Of a stretch of 64,000 bases of DNA, positions 30,279 to 38,400 are shown piece by piece (positions within the stretch are counted from its first letter, which is position 1; each line of letters begins with the position of its first letter). A program made the translations under genes and the position numbers. The DNA is from Hyalangium minutum. GTDB taxonomy: Bacteria; Myxococcota; Myxococcia; Myxococcales; Myxococcaceae. The stretch covers positions 1 to 64,000 of the forward strand of contig NZ_JMCB01000017.1 of assembly GCF_000737315.1 (NCBI RefSeq), in the 5' to 3' direction. Below the pieces are notes generated by a model. The model searched no databases, was not told the DNA's origin, and saw nothing but the letters and a program-made list of their open reading frames with translations.

Positions 30279-31004
30279 TTACCGGTAGCCGAGGATGAGC
30301 CCACGGGCGAGCAGCGACCAGCCATCCACGGCGACGAAAAGGAGGATCTTGAAAGGCAGACTCACCTGGCTCGGCGACAACGTCTGCATGCCCAGGGCGA
30401 GCAGGACGTTGGCGATGACCATGTCGAGCACGAGGAACGGCAGGAAGATGAGGAAGCCAATCTGAAACGCCTCCTTCAGCTCGGTGATGACGAAGGCGGG
30501 GATGACCACGAAGAGGTCGCCCTCATGGACTTGTTCCATCTCCTCGGGAGGCCGCAGCTCTCGCGCAAGCTCCACGAAGAGCGCCCGCTCCTCGGCGCTC
30601 CCATGCTTCACCAGGAAGGCGCGCAGCGGGTCCGTCACCTGGACCGCCCCGTCGAAAATCTGTGCCCCTGATTCCATCTGTGGGTAGACGCGCTGGCCCG
30701 CGTCGTACATGCGCTCCATCACCGGAGACATGATGTGCGCCGAGAGCACCGCCGCGAGCCCCGTCAGCACGATGGTCGGTGGAGCCTGCTGCGTCCCCAT
30801 CGCCGAGCGCGCGAACGACAGCACCACGGCGATCTTCGAGAAGCTCGTCAGCAGCATTACCGCGAAGGGCACCAGCGACAGCACCGCGAGCATCGCCATC
30901 ATCGCCAGCGGATTGCCGGCAGAGGAGGCCTGCAAGAGGGTCTTCTCGCCAGCCAACGCCCACGCCGGCGTCAGGAGGCAGCCCACCCAAAGTCCCCGCT
31001 TCAT
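30279..31004 (-). CDS. sctR: type III export protein SctR (FliP family) with N-terminal signal peptide
   Basis: TSFSKIAVVL, QQAPP, PAFVITELKEAFQIGF, LPFKILLFV.VDGW. Confidence 0.95.
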   Translation of the reverse strand: MKRGLWVGCLLTPAWALAGEKTLLQASSAGNPLAMMAMLAVLSLVPFAVMLLTSFSKIAVVLSFARSAMGTQQAPPTIVLTGLAAVLSAHIMSPVMERMYDAGQRVYPQMESGAQIFDGAVQVTDPLRAFLVKHGSAEERALFVELARELRPPEEMEQVHEGDLFVVIPAFVITELKEAFQIGFLIFLPFLVLDMVIANVLLALGMQTLSPSQVSLPFKILLFVAVDGWSLLARGLILGYR

Positions 31005-31372
31005 CGCTCCACCCCCTCTGGCTGCATCGAGGGCGACTCGTGGATCTGGGCGAACGAGTCCCCAAAGGCCACGAGGAAGCTGCGGCCATCTGCCTCCACC
31101 AGCGCAATGCCACAGCGCTGGGAGAGTCCTGCACGGGAAACCACCTTCAAGCGTTCGGGGAGCGCGAACTGGGAGCTTGCTCCACCACGGCGCCACAGCC
31201 ACCACCCCAAGCCCCCGAGCGCCACGGCCCCCAGAAGCCACCGAGCCACCCCCGCGACAGACAGGCCCCCTAGAGGTGCCAATGCCGCGAGCCCCAGAAT
31301 GAGCCCGCTCGCAAGCAACAAGCGGTGCCGAGGAGAGAGAGAAGCAAGCATGACGTTTCTCCGAGCACTCAC
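31001..31372 (-). CDS. FliO-like small bitopic membrane protein
   Basis: TM segment(s), then LKVVSRAGLSQRCGIALVEADGRSFLVAFG, which resembles the FliO cytoplasmic motif; lies between sctQ and sctR with overlapping start/stop codons. Confidence 0.65.
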   Translation of the reverse strand: MSARRNVMLASLSPRHRLLLASGLILGLAALAPLGGLSVAGVARWLLGAVALGGLGWWLWRRGGASSQFALPERLKVVSRAGLSQRCGIALVEADGRSFLVAFGDSFAQIHESPSMQPEGVER

Positions 31373-32520
31373 GGCAGCAGGTTAAGGATGCGAGCACCGA
31401 CCTCGCCGTCGATGTCGACCAGCTCGGCGCGGGCCACCGCCCGCTCACCGATGCGCAGCAGCACCGGCTCGCTGGCGTTGATGCGCAGCGGAAGCAGCGC
31501 GCCCGGCTTCAGCCCGGCCAACTCCGAGAGCGGCAGCATCAGCCGCGTCAGCTCGATCTCCACATCCACGGGGAGCGGAGGCATTCCTCCGCTCTGCTCA
31601 GTGACGGTTGCCATCTTCGACTCCAAGGGAAGTGCGCGCCTGCGCGCGCGGGTCAGGGAAAAACCTTCGGGGGTGAACTCACCCATCAGCTCAAAGCCGT
31701 GTGTGACCAGGCGGCCCTCACCGAGGAGGTACTCGCCGCCATGCCGGGCGGCCTCGAAGACGACGACATCGCCCACCGACAGCCTCTTGAGCGACGAAGG
31801 TGGAAGCTGGGTGTGGCCCAGGAAGCACCTCGCACCGAGAGCTGCCGCGAGGATCTCCGAAGCGATGAAGGCCTCCCGCTCCACGGGCAGGTCCTTGAAA
31901 GCGGACTCGAAGAGCACAGCAGGGACGAGCAACCGACCTCCAGCCGTCACCTCTCCCACCGACAGAGACAGCTCCACTCCGAGGTGGGGCCGCCGGCTCT
32001 CCAGCCGCCCCAGCGCCTCCACCCGGCTCATCGTCACCCCTGCCAGCCGAGGTCCCAGCCGGCGGTGGAGCTCGGACCTCCCCCGAAGCGCCGCGAGTGC
32101 AGAGAGGACCAAAAAGGCGAAGGTCGCTTCTTCCAGGCGCGTGAACCGCCTCACGGGGCTCGGCCGCGGGTTGCTGCCCGCGAGGCGCTCCAGCGCGGCG
32201 AAGAGCACCGGCACCTCCAACTCCAGCACCGCACAGCCCCCTGTCGCGGACAGGTCCAGCAGGACGAAGGCCGTCGCATGGGCCAGCCCTGCGTTGGGAA
32301 TCACCGTGGACTCTGAGAGCCGGCCTGTGATGCGGACGGTGCTCCCGAGTTCCTTTCCCAAGACCTCGCAGAGGCTCTGGAGCGCTTGCGTTCCCCAGCC
32401 TGCCACTTGGGGACGCTCGCTCAGCATCACATGTGCCCGGGCCAGTCGGCGCGTGCCGAGCCGGTTCAGCTTGGCGATCTTTTGAAGCGATGACGGGGTA
32501 CTGCGGGGTTCGGTGTGCAT
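31369..32520 (-). CDS. sctQ: SctQ/FliM-FliN-like C-ring (sorting platform) protein
   Basis: Two SPOA-like segments (LSVGDVVVF; LPVDVEIELTR...LKPGALL...AELVDIDGEVGARI). Confidence 0.8.
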   Translation of the reverse strand: MHTEPRSTPSSLQKIAKLNRLGTRRLARAHVMLSERPQVAGWGTQALQSLCEVLGKELGSTVRITGRLSESTVIPNAGLAHATAFVLLDLSATGGCAVLELEVPVLFAALERLAGSNPRPSPVRRFTRLEEATFAFLVLSALAALRGRSELHRRLGPRLAGVTMSRVEALGRLESRRPHLGVELSLSVGEVTAGGRLLVPAVLFESAFKDLPVEREAFIASEILAAALGARCFLGHTQLPPSSLKRLSVGDVVVFEAARHGGEYLLGEGRLVTHGFELMGEFTPEGFSLTRARRRALPLESKMATVTEQSGGMPPLPVDVEIELTRLMLPLSELAGLKPGALLPLRINASEPVLLRIGERAVARAELVDIDGEVGARILNLLP

Positions 32521-32538
32521 GGGAAACTCAGAGACGGG

Positions 32539-33048
32539 TCAGCGCGTGGCCTCGCGAACCAAGCGCTCAGCCAGGGTGCTCATCGCTGGAGAAACCGAGG
32601 CGTCCGGAGCCTCCAGTCGACGCTGGGGAAAGAGGGTGCGGTGGTACGGTGGCAGCTTGCGGAAGATCTCCCGCCTCAGAGCTTCGGGGGCCTCCGCCAT
32701 CAGCTCACGAAGTTGCTCCGCAGGGTCACTCCGCAGCCCGAACTCCAGTGCTACCCGGGCCTGCCGCTGTGCCGAGGTCATCGCCGCGAAGTGGGCCAGG
32801 TGCTCCTTTGCCCGCGCGGCCTCGCTCTCGCCCAGTCCCTCGAGCAGCTCCGAGGCCCGCTCCTTGCCGAACACCCGCGCCACCAGCGCGAACCGCGCCA
32901 GCGGCAAGAAGGTGGGAGGGGCCTTCACAGCCCGCACAGGTGTGGGCGGCGACTTCTGCTTGGGCAGTGGCCTGCGGGTGATGCGAGTGGCTTGCTCGGA
33001 GCGGTTCTTCGCCACCGGCCTCCGCACGATCCGTGTGACCTCCTCCAT
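32539..33048 (-). CDS. hypothetical helical protein in the sctK position (SctK/FliG-like candidate)
   Basis: Directly downstream of sctJ, predicted helical; homology not demonstrated. Confidence 0.5.
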   Translation of the reverse strand: MEEVTRIVRRPVAKNRSEQATRITRRPLPKQKSPPTPVRAVKAPPTFLPLARFALVARVFGKERASELLEGLGESEAARAKEHLAHFAAMTSAQRQARVALEFGLRSDPAEQLRELMAEAPEALRREIFRKLPPYHRTLFPQRRLEAPDASVSPAMSTLAERLVREATR

Positions 33049-33068
33049 GGAGCATCCTCCCCAGCAGC

Positions 33069-33872
33069 TCAAGCCACACGGCGTGCCGCATTTGCGGCGA
33101 CCACGGGCCGGGCAGGAACAGGCGGAGCGACCGGCGGCGTCATCGCCTCGGACTGGTCGTTCCGCAGCCGCAATGCGAGGAACACCAGCGCCACCGCCAG
33201 GGCGGTGAGCACCACGCCCATCACCACCAGCAGCACCCGCAACCTCATGAGGGGTGAGCTTCCGGGAACGGTCACCTCCACACGCGTGGATGCCTCATCC
33301 ACCATCAGTGCCACGGAGTCCGGTGACAGCCCCTCCACGCCTCCCGCGATGAGCGCCCTCAGCTGCTCCTGGGCCTGGCGGATCCGCGCCGCCTGCCCCG
33401 GTGCCGTGCGCAGCATCGCCGAAGCCTTCGCGGGCGCCGACGCCTGTCCCGGGCGCGGCGGGGGCGGCACCATCAGATGAACCCGCGCCAGGAGCACCCC
33501 ATCCACGCCCTGGAGCGTCTTCTCCACGCCCCGCTCGAGCACCCGGCCCCGGCAGAGCTGCTCCTCGACGGGAGAGCGGATGAGCCCGCCCCCTCCAAAT
33601 ACATCACAGCCCATCTCCTCCGCGGGCCTCGGCAATCCCAGCTCCGCCAGGATGCGGACGGCGTCCGAGGCCTGGGCCTCTTCCACCTCGATGGCCCAAG
33701 TGGGCTTCTTGCCCGCCTCCGGGACCTTGCGTGCATCCAGTCCCCGCTCGGCGAGGACTGTCTGCAGCTCGTTGGCCTGGCGCTCATCGAGCCCATGCTG
33801 AATGCGCTCCCGGCACGCGGCGGTGCACAGGAGCATGAAGAGACAGAGACAGCGGCGAACAGCGAACGTCAT
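33069..33872 (-). CDS. sctJ: SctJ (YscJ/PrgK/FliF-N) inner-membrane ring lipoprotein
   Basis: Lipobox TAAC, GLDERQANE, L.ELGLPR, VDGVLLARVHL, ASAML, C-terminal TM. Confidence 0.9.
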   Translation of the reverse strand: MTFAVRRCLCLFMLLCTAACRERIQHGLDERQANELQTVLAERGLDARKVPEAGKKPTWAIEVEEAQASDAVRILAELGLPRPAEEMGCDVFGGGGLIRSPVEEQLCRGRVLERGVEKTLQGVDGVLLARVHLMVPPPPRPGQASAPAKASAMLRTAPGQAARIRQAQEQLRALIAGGVEGLSPDSVALMVDEASTRVEVTVPGSSPLMRLRVLLVVMGVVLTALAVALVFLALRLRNDQSEAMTPPVAPPVPARPVVAANAARRVA

Positions 33873-33883
33873 GGCGAAGCTCC

Positions 33884-34369
33884 TCAAATCTGGGTCTGAA
33901 GCACCTGCTTCACGCCGCTCGTCGCCTTCTCGACGACCTTCCCAGCCAAATCGAGCTGCTGGCTGGCGGCGTACACGTGGGCCTGGAACGCGAGCAGCTC
34001 GGCCGGAGTGAACGTCCGGCCCGACTCCGCCAGCGCGAGGACGAGGTCCAGCCGCTTCTGCGCCTGGCTCACCCGATCCAGCACCTGCACGACCTGCTGA
34101 GCCCTCGCTGACTGCACCGAGTCCACCCGCGCCCCAGGCGTCACCTCCGCCCGGCCCGCGGCTGCTCGCTCCACGCTCTGGACATGGCGCGGCCCTCGCA
34201 CCGCTTCCGAGGGAAACGGACGCTGCGCTCCCTCCGTGGACACGGGAATGCCTGGCCCTCGCTCCGGGCCCTTCACCCCTTGAAGCACCTTGCCGAACTG
34301 CTGCTTGCCGGTCTCCAGCGCGGGAGTGGCTCCCGCACCGCCGACCGAACCCACCTTGTCGATCGCCAT
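33884..34369 (-). CDS. SctI-like inner rod protein
   Basis: C-terminus PAELLAFQAHVY...LDLAGKVVEKATSGVKQVLQTQ fits the YscI/HrpB2/EscI pattern; gene lies directly before sctJ. Confidence 0.65.
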   Translation of the reverse strand: MAIDKVGSVGGAGATPALETGKQQFGKVLQGVKGPERGPGIPVSTEGAQRPFPSEAVRGPRHVQSVERAAAGRAEVTPGARVDSVQSARAQQVVQVLDRVSQAQKRLDLVLALAESGRTFTPAELLAFQAHVYAASQQLDLAGKVVEKATSGVKQVLQTQI

Positions 34370-34379
34370 GACGCCGCCC

Positions 34380-34883
34380 CTACCGGATGTTGTTGATGGC
34401 GGCCTTCGCCGAGTCGTGGCGGACCTTCATGATGTTGGAGACCGCGTTGTGCTCACGGCTCTCCCGCTGCATCTCGTTCTGGAGCTGCAGGTACGCCATG
34501 TTGAACTTCTGCCCCTCGGCCGCCATGAGCTTCTGAGCCTCGAGCAGGTCCCACGCCTCGCCCTTCCCCGCCGTCCCCCCGGCCGTTCCCGTGCCACTGG
34601 TGCCTCCCGAGGCACCGCCGACGCCTGGGATCGGCACGGTGGCGCCACCCGTTGATGGCACGGTCGTCGGCACCGAGCTCACGGTCGACGCCACAGAGCT
34701 GACGCTCGAGACCGCCGCGCTCAGCACCGGTCCTCCGGGAAGCACCCTGCCAACGAGGCCTGCTCCCGTCGTCACGATCTCTTGAGCGGTGCGCGCGAGC
34801 ACGGCACCGAACTCGTTCTTCGGTGTTTGCCGCAGCTGGGTGGGGGTGATGGACAGCGACGCGATACGGTTGTTGTTCTCCAC
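34380..34883 (-). CDS. putative SctF-like needle/filament subunit with N-terminal extension
   Basis: Last 33 aa align ungapped to the PrgI C-terminus (12 identities, PrgI sequence from memory); GTG start with AGGAGG RBS; lies directly before the sctI-like gene and sctJ. Confidence 0.6.
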   Translation of the reverse strand: MENNNRIASLSITPTQLRQTPKNEFGAVLARTAQEIVTTGAGLVGRVLPGGPVLSAAVSSVSSVASTVSSVPTTVPSTGGATVPIPGVGGASGGTSGTGTAGGTAGKGEAWDLLEAQKLMAAEGQKFNMAYLQLQNEMQRESREHNAVSNIMKVRHDSAKAAINNIR

Positions 34884-34919
34884 GAAAAGCCTCCTGGTTG
34901 AGCTGCGCCAGGAGCCCTT

Positions 34920-34936
34920 TGCGCTTCCCGTGCCAA
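34920..34936 (-). promoter_or_regulatory. sigma54 (-24/-12) promoter of the T3SS operon
   Basis: Minus strand TTGGCACG-GGAA-GCGCA: perfect -24 element, GG-N10-GC spacing, predicted start near 34909, 26 nt before the GTG. Confidence 0.6.
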
Positions 34937-35113
34937 CACCCGTTCTCAGGAAAGTCGCGGGTTTATCCGCACCGCCCCCCGTGAGGGAGTCCACCGAGCC
35001 CCATGGACCGTCCATGGCGCGAGACGGTACCCGTCCGCAGGTTCCGCCCTCAGGTACGAACGAGAGGCCGCCTCCTCCCAGGACCGGGCAGGAGCAGGCC
35101 GGATCTCTGCTTT

Positions 35114-35470
35114 CTACGCGGACATGGCGGCCAACAGCAGGTCGATGTCGAGCGGCTTATGGAGGTAGGTGCGGGCGGCGAGACTTTCGCGGTGGTTGTC
35201 GAGATGGGGATCGGCGCTCATCACCACCACCGGGATGTGGGCGATTCGCGGGTTGGCTTGCTGCTCGGAGCGGAACTGAAAGCCGTCCTTCACGGGCATC
35301 ATCAAGTCCAGGAGGATGACGTCCGGAGGCTGCCGCATCGCTTCGAGCTCCGTGAGCGCGTGGGCACCGTTCTCCGCGGAGAACACGGTGTGGCCCTCGC
35401 CCTCGAGCAGCTCGCGAACGGACTCGCGTATGTAGAGGTCATCCTCCACCACGAGGATGCGCCGGCTCAT
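35114..35470 (-). CDS. single-domain response regulator
   Basis: ILVVEDD, LLDLMMP (phospho-Asp), VMSA, LHKP; ATGA overlap with the kinase. Confidence 0.9.
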   Translation of the reverse strand: MSRRILVVEDDLYIRESVRELLEGEGHTVFSAENGAHALTELEAMRQPPDVILLDLMMPVKDGFQFRSEQQANPRIAHIPVVVMSADPHLDNHRESLAARTYLHKPLDIDLLLAAMSA

Positions 35471-38400
35471 GCCGGGACTCCTGAAGCGCTGGGGAGGCTC
35501 CCGGACCACGCGTGCGAGGCATCCCTCGGCAGGCGGACGACGAAACGAGCGCCGCCTCCCTGAGGGCTCTCCACCGTGATCATCCCGCCGTGGGCACGCA
35601 CGATCTGCCGGGAAATGAAGAGGCCGAGCCCGAGCCCGCCGACGTTGCGCGAGGCGATACCACGATCGAAGCGGTCGAAGATGGTGTCGTGCTGCGCCTC
35701 CGGAACCCCAGGCCCAAAGTCGCGCACCTCGATGCGGACATGGTCCCCGTCCTCCAAGAGGCGGACATCGAGGGGCACGCCCGGCGCGTACTTCATCGCG
35801 TTGGAGATGAGGTTGGTCAGCACCTGCTCGAGCCGGCGCGCATCCCATACCCCCAGGAGCCTGGGCGGAACCTCGAGCTGTATCCGGCAACCCGCCTGGG
35901 TAAGCTGGCCCGAGAGGTGCTCCAGCACGTCGCGTGCGAGCTGGGCGAGGTCAGCCGGCGCGAAGGCAAGGTCGATGTTCCCCGAGCGGATCCTCGCCAC
36001 GTCGAGCAGATCGTTGATGAGGCCCGTCAGCCGGTCCACCTGGATGGACGCGATGCGCAGCACCTTCGCGAGCTTCTCCGGGCTCGGGGCGCGGCCCTCC
36101 TCGGGCTTCACGCTCCGCTCGGTCATCTGGAGCTGCATCCGGAGCGAGGTGATGGGTGTCTTCAGCTCGTGCGAGGCGATGGAGAGGAACTCGTCTCGCG
36201 AGACCAGCAGGCTCTTCAGCTCCCGCTCGACCCGCTTGAGGCGCGAGACGTCTTGGAAGGTGATGACGGACCGCGGCGGCTGCTGCCCGATGGCAGGAAC
36301 GAAGCCAGAGTCAACGACGAGGTTGAACCGCCCCGCTTGCGAGTGCCAGACCACCTCCATGTCGCGGACTCGCTCACCGCGCAGGACACGGCCCCCCGGC
36401 GACTGCTCCAGATCCATCGGGCGATCGGCCTCGTCGGTCAGGCGGAACGCCTGGCTACGCTCTGCGGCGTCGATGTTGACGGGAAAGCGTCCGCCGGCGA
36501 GCTGGTGGGCAGCGCGATTGGCGAAGGTGAACTGCCCCGAGCCCGGATCGACGAGGAGGGTTGGGGCGGGAATGTGGTCGAGCACCGCCTCGAGCCACTG
36601 CTGCTGCTCCGCGAGGTTCGCCATCCGCGCCTGCTGCTCCGCCGCCTGCATCCGCAAGGCCGCCATGCTGAGCTGGGCGTGCACCCGGGCGAGGAGCTCC
36701 TTGGCCGCGAACGGCTTCGTCAGGTAGTCATCCGCCCCGAGCTCGAGCCCGCTCGCGGTGGCCTCCTCTCCTGCGCGAGCCGACAGCAAGATGACCGGTA
36801 GCGTGTGCAGCGCGTCGTCCGCCCGCAGCCGCCGCACGAGCTCGGTGCCATCCATCACCGGCATCATCACATCCGAGAGCACGAGGTCCGGCCGCGACGC
36901 CCGAGCCGCCTGGAGCGCCTCCGCCCCATTCGTCACCGCTGTCACCTGGTAGCGCCCTTCCAGGAGGCGGCGGACGTAATCGCGCATGTCGGCGTTGTCG
37001 TCGGCGAGCAGGATTCGCGGGCGTGGGCCCTCCGTCACGATCCTTCCCTCAGGCTCCTGATCGGGGAGCCAGCGCAGCGCTTCCTCGACGAAAGCCTCGG
37101 CGCGGACCTCGGTGGAGGCCAACCGCTGTGCATGAATGGGCGCCGGACCCAGCCCCCGGGGGACCTCTCCCAGTGGGACGCGCACCAAGAAGGTCGAGCC
37201 TTCACCGACGACGCTCCGCACCTCGACCGAGCCACCGTGGAGCTTGGCAAGGTCCTGCACGAGTGCGAGGCCAATGCCGCTGCCCTCGTGGGTGCGCCCC
37301 TGTGCTCCCTGCACCCGGTGAAAGCGCTGGAACACCCGTCCCAGCTCGCTCTCTGGAATGCCAATGCCCGTGTCCCGCACCGACAGCTCCGCGAACCCAC
37401 CCGCCCGGCTCAGGCTCACCCGGATCTCGCCCGCCTGAGTGAACTTGAACGCGTTCGACATGAGGTTGAGGACGATCTTCTCCCACATGTCTCGGTCGAC
37501 GAACACCGGCTCCCCGAGCGGCTGAATCTCCACCACGAGACTCATGCCCGCGCGCTCGATGGCCGAGCGGAATGCGCTCGCGAGGTCGCGGGTCATCGCG
37601 GCCAGGTCAATGGGCTCGAAGGTGGCCTGGGCTCGGCCCGCCTCGATGCGCGAGAAGTCGAGCAGCGAGTTCACCAGCTTGAGCAAGCGGAGCGCATTGC
37701 GGTGCACCGTCTCGAGCTCGCCCCGCGCGGCGTCCGGCAGCGCCCCACGGCGGCCCGAGAGGAGATCCTCCACCGGCCCGAGCAACAGCGTGAGCGGCGT
37801 CCGGAACTCGTGGCTCACATTGCTGAAGAAGGCGGTCTTCGCCCGGTCGATCTCGGCGAGCGCCTCGGCCCTGAGACGCTCCTCCTCGTACGCACGGGCG
37901 TTGCCGAGCGCCGCGCTGGCCGCCGCGCCCAGCATCTCCACGAATGCCTGATATGCCTCATCGAGCGGCAGCCGCGGGCTTGCTGCGACGACGAGGAAGC
38001 CCAGCGGCGCGGCCACCCCGGCGACCCGGATCTGCAGGACGAAAGCCTTCGCCACCGGCTCCGGATAAGCCCCTGCGGGGACTGGCCCGAACCGAGTCTC
38101 CAGGTTCGTGACCAGCTCGGCCCGGCTGCTGCGCGCCGCCTCCGCGAGGGGCCATCCCCCGCTCCCGTTGCCCTCCGCGAGGTGAATCACCTCCGGCGCG
38201 AGGGGCCCACCCGCCGGCGTCCCACACGCGCCTCGAAGCCGTGCCTGGGTCCCGTCCGGGCTCGTCACGTAGAGAAGCGCGAACGGCAGATCAAAGGCGT
38301 ACTCACCGAGCGTCGAGAGGAGAAGCTCACACGCCTCGTCGAACACCGACGCCTGGCCCGCGCGATTCGCGATGTCCCGCAGCGCCCGCGTCCGCCGCTG

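Noticed and set aside
26084-34883. Calling the cluster a flagellar operon
   Set aside because: No flagellin, hook, rod, ring or stator genes; it has an SctJ-sized lipoprotein and SctI/SctF-like genes
34891-34914. Hairpin CTCCTGG-N10-CCAGGAG sequestering the RBS of the SctF-like gene (thermometer-like)
   Set aside because: If transcription starts near 34909 from the sigma54 promoter, most of the 5' arm is not transcribed; relevant only for read-through transcripts
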